Shown here: positions 16,580 through 25,209 of the stretch, piece after piece
Layout of the letters: every line of letters starts with the position of its first letter
How positions within the stretch are numbered: the stretch's first letter is position 1
From: Siansivirga zeaxanthinifaciens CC-SAMT-1
GTDB lineage: Bacteria > Bacteroidota > Bacteroidia > Flavobacteriales > Flavobacteriaceae
Assembly: GCF_000941055.1 (NCBI RefSeq)
Contig: NZ_CP007202.1
Span: 2,556,437-2,588,436 of the forward strand
Direction of reading: 5' to 3'
Length of the DNA stretch: 32,000 nt
Position numbers and translations under genes: made by a program
Notes under the pieces: generated by a model
The model's database searches: none
The model's input: the letters and a program-made list of their open reading frames with translations, nothing else
What the model was told of the DNA's origin: nothing

Positions 16580-16660
16580 TTAGTAGATAACGTGGCGCAA
16601 TCTGGTGGTTCTGTTCTCGACGCTATGAAAACTATGCCAGGTGTAAATTATAGGATATAA
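16580..16660 (+). pseudogene. Short relic of a TonB-dependent receptor / outer-membrane beta-barrel gene (plug-region fragment)
   Basis: The frame reads LVDNVAQSGGSVLDAMKTMPGVNYRI and then stops. The GGSVLDAMKTMPGV stretch resembles the conserved plug segment that precedes the PGV(T/S)V motif of Bacteroidota TBDRs. There are stops immediately upstream (TAG at 16577..16579) and downstream, and no start codon. Confidence 0.45.
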
Positions 16661-16857
16661 TGTTTAACGAGAAGTTTCTTGAGAATCACTTATTTTAAAA
16701 ATCCTGAACAATTGTACTGAATTTTAAATTTATGAGAATTATTTAATAACGTATGATTAATGACCCCAGTTGTAATTTTTTTAGAATCAATTACACAATG
16801 GGCTATTTGAAATAATATAACATTATAGCAACGAATGGTGCAGAGAATTAGATTACC

Positions 16858-16950
16858 GCAAATTAGCTTTTACATAATTACTATCGATATAAAACACATA
16901 CGTGTTATTATATCTGCAATTATGTAAAATGCAAGCATTCGCTAATTTGC
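16858..16950. repeat. Composite interrupted inverted repeat (10 + 12 bp arms)
   Basis: GCAAATTAGC (16858..16867) pairs with GCTAATTTGC (16941..16950). TTTTACATAATT (16868..16879) pairs with AATTATGTAAAA (16918..16929). The right arm carries an 11-nt insertion, TGCAAGCATTC. ATTATGTAAAAT recurs as a direct repeat at 16979..16990. Confidence 0.7.
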
Positions 16951-17196
16951 TACAATAAACATTTGTACTATAATTAATATTATGTAAAATAGAATATTAA
17001 ATTACCCTTCAATATTTATCTCCAATAAAATATTCTTAGTTAAAACATATTTATAAAAATAACCTACATTCTATACTAAGAAGATGTATCTAATAAAAAA
17101 ATAATTCTTTGTTTCTTTTACAAATTTGTAATGTATTTAAATTCATAAATCTTTATTAAAAATAAGAATTTAAGGAAACAACCATTTATTAAGCCT

Positions 17197-17204
17197 TATA
17201 TTTG
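17197..17204 (+). promoter_or_regulatory. Candidate -7 promoter box TATATTTG for the DedA-like gene
   Basis: Exact TAnnTTTG match, 34 nt upstream of the ATG at 17238. Confidence 0.45.
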
Positions 17205-17237
17205 TAGTCCGAAAAAAAATTATGAAGCAGGCATTTT

Positions 17238-17855
17238 ATGAAACCAAAATCAAATACTAAAACTGAAAAAACCAAGTTGCAATTATTGCACCAATATTAC
17301 AGCTACACAGGGTTTTATAGTTTTGTTTGGAATGCGGTTAAAAAATCCATTCCATTTATAATCCTTCTTGTTGCTGCTATATACGTAATTAATCATTTTT
17401 TTAATATAAACGAGGCATTAATTGAACTTACTAAAACCTTACCGGTTTATGGTGTTATGTTATTCTTTTTTGCTTCCGAATCGTTTTTAGGCTTAGTACC
17501 GCCAGAAATTTTTATTGCCTGGGCAGCTAAAATGCATGCGCCTTGGTTATACTTAGCGCTTTTAGCCTTATTATCATATTCTGGAGGCTTGGTTTCTTAT
17601 TATATAGGTTATGTAATTACTAAAATTCCTAAAATCCATACATACCTGGAAGAAAAGATGGATAAACAATTGAAAAATTCTCGCAAATGGGGCGGATTTT
17701 TAATTGTAGTTGGTGCCCTATTGCCTCTGCCCTTTTCAATATCTTGTATGGCTACCGGGATTATTAATTTCCCATTTAAAAACGTGATGCTTTATGGTTC
17801 CTTGCGTTTACTTCGGTTTTTAATTTATGGTTTTGTTATTTTTCAAGCCCTTTAA
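17238..17855 (+). CDS. DedA/YqaA-type (VTT domain) membrane protein
   Basis: 205 aa with 4-5 transmembrane helices. The FFFASESFLGLVPPEIF block resembles the DedA/SNARE-associated family signature. Confidence 0.6.
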   Translation: MKPKSNTKTEKTKLQLLHQYYSYTGFYSFVWNAVKKSIPFIILLVAAIYVINHFFNINEALIELTKTLPVYGVMLFFFASESFLGLVPPEIFIAWAAKMHAPWLYLALLALLSYSGGLVSYYIGYVITKIPKIHTYLEEKMDKQLKNSRKWGGFLIVVGALLPLPFSISCMATGIINFPFKNVMLYGSLRLLRFLIYGFVIFQAL

Positions 17856-17864
17856 AATATTTCT

Positions 17865-17900
17865 AAAGTAAGCGCCTGTTTAAACAAGGTATCTTACTTT
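17865..17900 (+). terminator. Nested hairpin downstream of the DedA-like gene
   Basis: AAAGTAAG (17865..17872) pairs with CTTACTTT (17893..17900). It encloses the palindrome TGTTTAAACA and is followed by a T-rich stretch. Confidence 0.4.
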
Positions 17901-17919
17901 TGTGTTTAAAATTATTACT

Positions 17920-18216
17920 ATGTTTTCATTCTTAAATATCTTCCGTATTGTAGCCTTTTTAGAGGGTGTATCTTATATTTTGTTATTATTTATTGCTACT
18001 CCAGTAAAATATTTATTGGATGAACCGCAATATGTAAAACTATTAGGAATGCCTCACGGGCTACTATTTACAGGATATATTGTTTTAGCATTTATGTTAA
18101 GAGCCGAAACCAAATGGCAAAACAAGACTTTTGCTACGATTCTATTAGCAGCTATCATCCCTTTTAGTACCTTTTATATTGATAATAAGTATTTAAAACC
18201 TTTACGTAATGCTTAA
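17920..18216 (+). CDS. DUF3817-family small membrane protein
   Basis: FRIVAFLEGVSYILLLFIATPVKYLL...MPHGLLFTGYIVLAF is typical of DUF3817. The ORF-track start at 17902 is GTG and abuts the upstream hairpin, so I prefer the in-frame ATG at 17920. Confidence 0.75.
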   Translation: MFSFLNIFRIVAFLEGVSYILLLFIATPVKYLLDEPQYVKLLGMPHGLLFTGYIVLAFMLRAETKWQNKTFATILLAAIIPFSTFYIDNKYLKPLRNA

Positions 18217-19477
18217 TATTCAGCATTTTGTATATAATTACTTAATTGAAGTTGGTGCCTCGACAGCACTTGCTAAGTATGTAAATATGCTGGCGCTTTT
18301 AATCGCCCTATTCGTTGTTGTTTTTATAATAGATTTTGTAATCAGGAAATTATTAATTGGGTTGTTTGCCCAGTTTGCTTCGCGATCGAAAACTAATTTC
18401 GACGATTTGTTGGTTGCCAATCGTGTTCCAAGAAACATTGCTCATATAATTCCCTTACTTATTGTACTAGAGTTTATAGGTGTGGTTTTTACTGATTTTC
18501 CTGGCTTCGAGAACTTTATGGAACATGCTCTAAAAGTATTTGCCATCGTTTTAATATTATGGATTGTTAGAAGTTTGCTACATGCCATAAAAGATTATTT
18601 TAAAACACTCGAACGTTTTAAAGACAAGCCTATAGACAGTTACATTCAGGTATTTATGATTTTTGCCTGGATAATCGGAGTCTTTTCTGCATTTGCTATC
18701 ATTACAGGCATTCCCTTTATTAATTTTATTACCGGACTTGGTGCGGCATCGGCCGTTATTATTTTAGTGTTTCGTGATACTATTTTAGGTTTTGTTGCTA
18801 GTATTCAGGTGTCTATTAACGATATGGTGCGCATTGGCGATTGGATTACCTTCGAAAAATATGGCGCCGATGGTGATGTTATCGAAATTAATCTGGCTAC
18901 TGTGAAGGTTCAGAATTTCGACAAAACCATTACTACCATTCCAACCTATGCGCTTATTTCCGATTCGTTTAAAAACTGGCGCGGAATGACAAATTCTGAT
19001 GGTCGACGTATTAAACGTGCTTTGTATATTAAACAACAAGGCGTTAAATATTTAACCGAAACCGATGTTGAAAAACTAAAAAACATCGAACTCATAACAA
19101 CTTATCTAGAAAACCGTCAAGCCGATATTACCGCGTATAATCAAACGAATGCCATAAATAAAGATCTTTTACTTAACGGTAGAAACCTAACCAACTTAGG
19201 GGTTTTTAGAAAATATATTGATGTTTATTTAAAAAACCATTCGGCCATCAATAAAGATATGATGATTATGGCGCGCCAATTAGCTCCAACAACACAAGGT
19301 ATCCCTTTAGAAATTTATGCCTTTAGCAGCGATAAACGTTGGGAGAATTACGAGTATATCATGTCTGATATTTTCGATCATCTCATTGCCGCCCTTCCCT
19401 ACTTCGATTTAGAAATTTTTGAATTGCCCAGCGGTACTAGTTTTAAAAGTATTTTAGTTAACAATTCGCCATCATAA
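18209..19477 (+). CDS. Mechanosensitive ion channel (MscS family) protein
   Basis: The MscS core is present: GLGAASAVIILVFRDTILGFVASIQVSINDMVRIGDWITFEKYGADGDVIEINLATVKVQNFDKTITTIPTYALISDSFKNW. Its start overlaps the stop of the DUF3817 gene by 8 nt. Confidence 0.88.
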   Translation: MLNIQHFVYNYLIEVGASTALAKYVNMLALLIALFVVVFIIDFVIRKLLIGLFAQFASRSKTNFDDLLVANRVPRNIAHIIPLLIVLEFIGVVFTDFPGFENFMEHALKVFAIVLILWIVRSLLHAIKDYFKTLERFKDKPIDSYIQVFMIFAWIIGVFSAFAIITGIPFINFITGLGAASAVIILVFRDTILGFVASIQVSINDMVRIGDWITFEKYGADGDVIEINLATVKVQNFDKTITTIPTYALISDSFKNWRGMTNSDGRRIKRALYIKQQGVKYLTETDVEKLKNIELITTYLENRQADITAYNQTNAINKDLLLNGRNLTNLGVFRKYIDVYLKNHSAINKDMMIMARQLAPTTQGIPLEIYAFSSDKRWENYEYIMSDIFDHLIAALPYFDLEIFELPSGTSFKSILVNNSPS

Positions 19478-19492
19478 CAAGAGGTTACAAAC

Positions 19493-19527
19493 AAAAAAAG
19501 AGTGAACAATTAGTTCACTCTTTTTTT
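19493..19527. terminator. Bidirectional intrinsic terminator between the convergent mscS-like gene and leuB
   Basis: AAAAAAAGAGTGAAC (19493..19507) pairs with GTTCACTCTTTTTTT (19513..19527) around the loop AATTA. Confidence 0.85.
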
Positions 19528-19548
19528 ATAATCTATTTTTAAAAATTA

Positions 19549-20607
19549 CTAAATATTATCAGCAATCCAAGTACCAACTTCTTTAGTGCCGTAAGCTTTA
19601 CCGCCATCGGCTAAATCTTCGGTAACCATACCTTCAGCTAAAGCTTTATTAACAGCATCTCTAATAGCTTTACCTTCTTCTGGTAAATTAAAAGCGGTTT
19701 CAAACATCATTGCAGCCGATAAAATAGTTGCCATTGGGTTTGCAATATTTAATCCCGTTGCTTGTGGATACGAACCATGAATTGGCTCGAATAATGCGAT
19801 ATCTGCTCCCATAGACGCCGATGGCATTAATCCCATAGAACCAGAAATTACTGAAGCTTCATCGGTTAAAATATCACCAAATAAATTTTCGGTAATTAAA
19901 ACATCGTAACTATTAGGCCACTGTACTAAACGCATAGCCACGGCATCAACAAACTCATAAGAAACCGTTACTTCTGGATAATCTTTCTCCATAGCCTGTA
20001 CGGTTTCTCTCCATAAACGCGAGGTTTCTAAAACATTGGCTTTATCAACACAACATAATTTTTTAGAACGTGTCATCGCTAATTCAAACCCCTTTTTAGC
20101 CAAACGCTGTACTTCTTCTCTTGTATAAACGCAGTTATCGAAAGCCGTCTCACCGCCATCTCTTCTACCTTTTTCACCAAAGTAAATACCACCAGTTAAT
20201 TCACGTAAAAACACTAAATCGGTGCCTTCAATACGCTCTTTTTTTAATGGCGACTTATCTAATAACGACGGAAATGTAAACGTAGGACGTACGTTAGCAA
20301 ATAATCCTAACTTTTTACGCATTTTAAGTAAACCTTGCTCTGGTCTTACCGGCGCAGACGGGTCGTTATCGTATTTCGGGTGACCAATAGCACCAAATAA
20401 AACAGCATCCGAAGCTAAACAAACTTCATGCGTTTCATCTGGGTAAGGCTCGCCTACAGCATCAATAGCCGCAGCACCAGTTAAAGCTGGCTTCCAAGTT
20501 ATTTCATGTCCAAATTTTTTAGCAACAGCATCACTAACTTTTACTGCTTCATTAATGACTTCCGGGCCAATACCGTCCCCTGCTAAAAGTGCTATATTAA
20601 ATTTCAT
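19549..20607 (-). CDS. leuB: 3-isopropylmalate dehydrogenase
   Basis: [17 protein letters not shown]..., LYFGE-type block [32 protein letters not shown]. It is the last gene of the leuCDAB cluster. Confidence 0.95.
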   Translation of the reverse strand: MKFNIALLAGDGIGPEVINEAVKVSDAVAKKFGHEITWKPALTGAAAIDAVGEPYPDETHEVCLASDAVLFGAIGHPKYDNDPSAPVRPEQGLLKMRKKLGLFANVRPTFTFPSLLDKSPLKKERIEGTDLVFLRELTGGIYFGEKGRRDGGETAFDNCVYTREEVQRLAKKGFELAMTRSKKLCCVDKANVLETSRLWRETVQAMEKDYPEVTVSYEFVDAVAMRLVQWPNSYDVLITENLFGDILTDEASVISGSMGLMPSASMGADIALFEPIHGSYPQATGLNIANPMATILSAAMMFETAFNLPEEGKAIRDAVNKALAEGMVTEDLADGGKAYGTKEVGTWIADNI

Positions 20608-20653
20608 TTTATTATTTATTTTAGTCTTTAATATTTAAATTTTTTATTGTTTT

Positions 20654-20737
20654 GGGCGTTTCCCTATCGGGTCGGGCTATACGCTCTATCTTTTTTATCG
20701 TACCTCAAAAAAAGGATGCCGCTTCTATCCCTAACGC
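20654..20737. repeat. GC-rich imperfect palindromic (REP-like) element in the leuA-leuB spacer
   Basis: GGGCTATACGCTCTATCTTTTTT (20674..20696) and AAAAAAAGGATGCCGCTTCTATCCC (20707..20731) form an imperfect inverted repeat. By hand pairing of 23 positions I count 16 Watson-Crick pairs, 2 G-T pairs and 5 mismatches. Outer GCGTT (20656..20660) pairs with AACGC (20733..20737). The element is conspicuously GC-rich compared with its AT-rich surroundings. Confidence 0.6.
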
Positions 20738-20771
20738 AACAGGCTAACTCTAAAAAAATAAGAGTTCCTAT

Positions 20772-22295
20772 TTAATTTGTTATAATATTCAACATTTTTT
20801 CGGTAGCCTTAATAGCAGATACCGTTTGATCTGAATCTAAACCACGTGTTTTAAATTCTTTAGTTGCATTTTTCCAGGTAATAATGGTTTCGCATAAGGC
20901 ATCCGAATGACTTCCAGGAGGTATCCTTACGGCATAATCAATTAATTCTGGTAATTCCTTTTTCTTAATTTTATATATCCCACGTAAGGCATTCATAAAA
21001 GCATCAAATTGTCCGTCGCCCGAAGCATTTTGCTCGTAAACAGTCCCATTAATGGTAATAGATACGGTTGTCGAAGGCTTTAAACCTTTAGCATGTGTTA
21101 GCGCATACGAATTAACTTTTACGTTTTCTTGGTATGAATAACTGTCTAAAACATCCGATATGATATATGGTAAATCTTCTTTAGTTACAACTTCTTTCTT
21201 ATCACCTAACTCAATAATACGTTGGGTAACTTTCTTTAAATCGTTATCGTTAAGTTGTAAACCAAGTTCTTGTAAATTCTTTTGAATATTCGCTTTCCCC
21301 GAGGCTTTCCCTAAAGCATATTTACGAGTTCTACCAAAACGCTCTGGCATTAACTCACTAAAATACAGATTCTTTTTATTATCGCCATCGGCATGAATAC
21401 CAGCCGTTTGGGTAAATACATTGGCACCAATTACAGGTTTGTTTGCCGGAATCATAATCCCCGAAAAGTTTTCTACCAGTTTACTAACGGTATATAATAC
21501 TTTCTCATTAGCCGCGATTTTTATGTGTGGCATAAAATCGTTAATAACCGCAATGGTACTGGCCATTGGTGCATTTCCAGCGCGTTCGCCCATACCGTTA
21601 ATAGTAAGGTGCAAACCATCTGCTCCAGCATTAAGCCCCGCCATAACATTGGCAACTCCTAAATCGTAATCGTTATGCGCATGGAAATCGAAATGTAAAT
21701 GGGGATACTGGTCTTTTATTTGCTTAACAAAATCAAACGATTCGTAAGGTGTTAAAATACCTAAAGTATCGGGCAACATGATACGTTTAACGTTTTGAGT
21801 CGATAAAAACGCTAAAAATTCGAAAACGTAATCTTTAGAATTACGCATCCCGTTACTCCAATCTTCTAAATACACATTGGTTTCAATGCCTTTAGATTCT
21901 GCATTTAAAATCGTTTCTTTAATTTCTGTAAAATGCTGACTAGGAGTCTTTTTAAGCTGATAAGTTAAATGATTTAATGAACCCTTAGTTAACAGGTTTT
22001 GCACCTTAGCTCCTGCTTCAATCATCCATTCTAACGATACGCCTTTATCAACAAAAGTTAAAACTTCTACCTTATCTAGGTAGTTATTCGCTTTTGCCCA
22101 ATTGGTTACGCCTTTAACGGCTTGAAATTCACCTTCAGACACACGTGCCGAAGCAATTTCAATACGATCGACTTTTAACTCTTCTAAAAGCAGCTTAGCA
22201 ATAGTTAATTTTTCTGAAGCAGAAAACGACACTCCCGAGGTTTGTTCACCATCGCGAAGTGTCGTATCCATTATTTCAATTTGTTTTGCTTCCAT
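20772..22295 (-). CDS. leuA: 2-isopropylmalate synthase / citramalate synthase family enzyme (LeuA/CimA) with a C-terminal regulatory domain
   Basis: DTTLRDGEQTSGVSF and the HxH metal-site block FDFHAHNDYDLGVAN are present, and the 507-aa length includes a LeuA-dimer-type C-terminal domain. It lies between leuD and leuB. Confidence 0.85.
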   Translation of the reverse strand: MEAKQIEIMDTTLRDGEQTSGVSFSASEKLTIAKLLLEELKVDRIEIASARVSEGEFQAVKGVTNWAKANNYLDKVEVLTFVDKGVSLEWMIEAGAKVQNLLTKGSLNHLTYQLKKTPSQHFTEIKETILNAESKGIETNVYLEDWSNGMRNSKDYVFEFLAFLSTQNVKRIMLPDTLGILTPYESFDFVKQIKDQYPHLHFDFHAHNDYDLGVANVMAGLNAGADGLHLTINGMGERAGNAPMASTIAVINDFMPHIKIAANEKVLYTVSKLVENFSGIMIPANKPVIGANVFTQTAGIHADGDNKKNLYFSELMPERFGRTRKYALGKASGKANIQKNLQELGLQLNDNDLKKVTQRIIELGDKKEVVTKEDLPYIISDVLDSYSYQENVKVNSYALTHAKGLKPSTTVSITINGTVYEQNASGDGQFDAFMNALRGIYKIKKKELPELIDYAVRIPPGSHSDALCETIITWKNATKEFKTRGLDSDQTVSAIKATEKMLNIITN

Positions 22296-22297
22296 TT

Positions 22298-22894
22298 TTA
22301 AAACGGACGAGATTCTGCAAAGGTTTCAATCTCACTTTTCATGTTTTGTAAATAGTCGATATCGTCGAAACCATTTAACATGTTACCTTTTTTATAACCA
22401 TTAATATCGAAAGACTCTTGCGTTCCCGATGCAGGTAATGTAATTGTTTGTGCTTCTAAATCGATTACTAATTCTGTTTTTGGATCTGCATAAATAGCCT
22501 CAAAAATTTCATTTAAAAATTCAGGACTTATTTGAACAGGTAAAACACCAATGTTTAAACAGTTGTTTTTAAAGATATCTGCAAAGAAACTAGACACCAC
22601 ACAACGGAAACCGTAATCGTAAACAGCCCATGCAGCGTGTTCTCTTGAAGACCCAGAACCAAAGTTCTTACCGCCTACTAATATTTTACCTCCGTAAAGA
22701 GGATTGTTTAATACAAAGTCTGCTTTTGGAGTGTCGTCTCCATTATATCTCCAGTCGCGAAATAAGTTATCTCCAAAACCCTCACGTTTTGTAGCCTTTA
22801 AAAAACGTGCTGGTATAATTTGATCTGTATCTACATTTTCTATTGGTAATGGAACCGCTGTACTTGTAAGTTTTGTGAATTTATCGTATGCCAT
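22298..22894 (-). CDS. leuD: 3-isopropylmalate dehydratase small subunit
   Basis: VDTDQIIPARFL and GKNFGSGSSREHAAWA blocks are present. It is adjacent to leuC. Confidence 0.95.
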   Translation of the reverse strand: MAYDKFTKLTSTAVPLPIENVDTDQIIPARFLKATKREGFGDNLFRDWRYNGDDTPKADFVLNNPLYGGKILVGGKNFGSGSSREHAAWAVYDYGFRCVVSSFFADIFKNNCLNIGVLPVQISPEFLNEIFEAIYADPKTELVIDLEAQTITLPASGTQESFDINGYKKGNMLNGFDDIDYLQNMKSEIETFAESRPF

Positions 22895-22900
22895 TTTTTC

Positions 22901-22935
22901 AAGTTAAAAGTTAAAAGTTAAATGTTAAAGTTTTA
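22901..22935 (-). repeat. Five tandem heptads (AAGTTAA x3, ATGTTAA, AGTTTTA) starting 6 nt upstream of the leuD start codon
   Basis: Read directly from the sequence. On the mRNA strand it is ...UAAAACU UUAACAU (UUAACUU)x3 GAAAAA AUG. Confidence 0.8.
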
Positions 22936-22985
22936 AAAACTTCAAATTAAAATTTAACCATTCATTATTAATTATTCATTTTTAA

Positions 22986-24380
22986 TTACAAAAGTTCTCT
23001 AGGATCTGTAACAACACCAGTAACAGCCGCTGCTGCAGCTACTAAAGGACTCGCTAATAAGGTTCTTGATCCTGGACCTTGACGCCCTTCAAAGTTTCTG
23101 TTTGATGTACTTACAGCATATTTTCCAGCAGGTACTTTATCATCATTCATTGCTAAACACGCCGAACAACCTGGTTCTCTTAAAACAAATCCAGCTTCTT
23201 CAAAAATTTCTAATAAGCCTTCTTCTTTAATTTTAGCTTCAACAACATGCGAACCTGGAACTAACCAAGCGGTAACGTGATCTGCTTTTTTTCTACCTTT
23301 AACAATCGATGCAAAGGCACGGAAATCTTCAATACGTCCATTTGTACAACTACCAATAAACACATAATCGATTTTCTTACCAATCATTTGATCGTTTTCT
23401 GAGTAGCCCATGTAAGCTAAAGACTTTTCGTAGGTAGACTTACCGCCTTCAACAGCATCGGCAGAAGGAATGTTTTTAGAAATACCAATACCCATACCTG
23501 GATTTGTTCCGTAGGTAATCATTGGCTCAATATCTTCAGCATTAAATACTACTTCTTTATCGAAGGTAGCATCTGCATCCGATTTAAGAGTTTTCCAATA
23601 TGCCATGGCTTTATCCCAATCGGCTCCTTTTGGAGTCATAGGACGGCCTTTAATATATTCGAATGTTTTTTCGTCTGGAGCAATCATACCACCACGAGCA
23701 CCCATCTCGATAGATAAGTTACAAACCGTCATACGGCCTTCCATAGTCATGTTTTCAAAAACATCTCCAGCATACTCAACAAAATAACCAGTAGCTCCTG
23801 AAGTTGTTAATTGAGAAATAATGTATAAACCAACATCTTTAGGTGTTACAGCATTATTAAGTTTCCCGTTTATGCTAATGCGCATTTTTTTAGGTTTTGG
23901 CTGCATAATACACTGGGTAGTAAGTACCATTTCTACCTCCGATGTACCAATACCAAAAGCAATAGCACCAAAAGCACCGTGAGTTGATGTATGAGAATCA
24001 CCACAAACAATGGTAGCTCCTGGAAGTGTAATACCATTTTCTGGTCCTACAACGTGAACAATACCATTATTTTGATGTCCTAAACCCCAGTGGCTAATAC
24101 CGTATTTATTAGCATTATTTTCTAAAGTTTTTAATTGGTTTGCAGATAAAGGATCTTGAACCGGTAAGTGTTGGTTAATGGTAGGTGTATTGTGATCTGC
24201 TACGGCAAACGTACGATCTGGATATAAAACACTTAAACCTCTGCTTTCTAATCCAACAAAAGCTACAGGGCTTGTAACTTCGTGAATTAAGTGACGGTCT
24301 ATAAAAAACACATCTGGTCCATCTTCAATACTTCGCACAACATGCGAATCCCAAACTTTGTCAAACAATGATTTGCTCAT
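22986..24380 (-). CDS. leuC: 3-isopropylmalate dehydratase large subunit
   Basis: Aconitase-family blocks are present: [26 protein letters not shown] and [12 protein letters not shown]. Length is 464 aa. Confidence 0.95.
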   Translation of the reverse strand: MSKSLFDKVWDSHVVRSIEDGPDVFFIDRHLIHEVTSPVAFVGLESRGLSVLYPDRTFAVADHNTPTINQHLPVQDPLSANQLKTLENNANKYGISHWGLGHQNNGIVHVVGPENGITLPGATIVCGDSHTSTHGAFGAIAFGIGTSEVEMVLTTQCIMQPKPKKMRISINGKLNNAVTPKDVGLYIISQLTTSGATGYFVEYAGDVFENMTMEGRMTVCNLSIEMGARGGMIAPDEKTFEYIKGRPMTPKGADWDKAMAYWKTLKSDADATFDKEVVFNAEDIEPMITYGTNPGMGIGISKNIPSADAVEGGKSTYEKSLAYMGYSENDQMIGKKIDYVFIGSCTNGRIEDFRAFASIVKGRKKADHVTAWLVPGSHVVEAKIKEEGLLEIFEEAGFVLREPGCSACLAMNDDKVPAGKYAVSTSNRNFEGRQGPGSRTLLASPLVAAAAAVTGVVTDPRELL

Positions 24381-24451
24381 AATTTTATTTATATATTCTG
24401 TTTAATTCTACGTTATCGATTTAAAAAAATCGTTCAATTTTAGTCAGCCAA

Positions 24452-24459
24452 CAAATTTA
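24452..24459 (-). promoter_or_regulatory. Candidate -7 promoter box TAAATTTG for the leu operon
   Basis: Plus-strand CAAATTTA is TAAATTTG on the minus strand, an exact TAnnTTTG match. It lies 72 nt upstream of the leuC ATG. Confidence 0.45.
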
Positions 24460-24611
24460 TAAAAAACAACCTTTTTATTAAGTATAATCAATAATTTAAC
24501 CTTACTGGGCATCTACTTTTATAATATTATTAATGGAAAGTAAAAAAATCGAATATATTTTAAAGGATTGCCAAAATAGATTATAATTTTTAAAGAAGAA
24601 ATACTAAATCT

Positions 24612-24998
24612 TTACTTTAAACGGTCGGCAACATACTCTACTTCTACTTTTCCGTGTGGTTTGGCTTTGCCATCTTCTCCTAAATTAACCATAACAATAT
24701 TAGAAATGGTTATAATTGTTTCGTGAGTCATTTTATTTCTAACTTCGCTACTTAATACAATAGAAGCTTTTCCAAATTTAACCACTTCAATACCAATTTC
24801 GACAATATCACCTTGTCTGGCAGAGGCTTTAAAATCGATTTCACTCATGTATTTGGTAACCACTTTTTGATTTTCAAGTTGAATGATGGCATACAAAGCA
24901 GCTTCTTCGTCGATCCATTCTAATAATCGACCTCCAAACAAGGTACCATTCGGATTTAAATCTTCTGGTTTTACCCATTTTCTAGTGTGAAATCTCAT
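24612..24998 (-). CDS. Acyl-CoA thioesterase (hotdog fold, YciA/BFIT-like)
   Basis: 128 aa. The N-terminus KPEDLNPNGTLFGGRLLEWIDEEAALYA is typical of 4HBT/acyl-CoA thioester hydrolases. Confidence 0.85.
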   Translation of the reverse strand: MRFHTRKWVKPEDLNPNGTLFGGRLLEWIDEEAALYAIIQLENQKVVTKYMSEIDFKASARQGDIVEIGIEVVKFGKASIVLSSEVRNKMTHETIITISNIVMVNLGEDGKAKPHGKVEVEYVADRLK

Positions 24999-25209
24999 TA
25001 ATTTTATTCGTTAAGTATTTGAAATTATATTATTCGTAATTTTTTAAAAACCCCACTGTTTCTTTGTAATTAACCACCGTTGAGAAAGAGAATTTAAATT
25101 TAAAACAAAGATAAAAAATCTATTTTGTTGATAACCTCGTTAACAAGTATAATTCAAAGTTTTTTTTCAAGTTTTAATATTCAATATTTTTAATAAAACT
25201 CTTTTAATT

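Noticed and set aside
16548-16725. A MITE or insertion sequence defined by the 12-bp inverted repeats
   Set aside because: There is no transposase, I could not identify target-site duplications, and only one copy is visible. This is insufficient to call a mobile element, so I reported it only as a bracketed gene relic.
17902-17919. GTG start for the DUF3817 ORF
   Set aside because: The GTG directly abuts the upstream hairpin at 17865..17900, and an in-frame ATG lies 18 nt downstream. The choice remains uncertain.
20654-20737. The GC-rich element as a tRNA or small protein-coding gene
   Set aside because: No cloverleaf or acceptor-stem pairing could be drawn. All six frames contain stops within the element.
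22901-22935. The heptad arrays here and at 30611..30645 as CRISPR-like or minisatellite loci
   Set aside because: The units are only 7 nt, have no spacers and occur in at most 5 copies. No cas genes are present. They are better described as short tandem repeats in translation-initiation regions.
24381-24611. Leucine leader-peptide attenuator or T-box upstream of leuC
   Set aside because: On the minus strand I found no Leu-rich mini-ORF, no strong alternative hairpins and no terminator with a U-tail. There is only a weak 6-bp AT hairpin (CGATTT/AAATCG) and a candidate promoter box.
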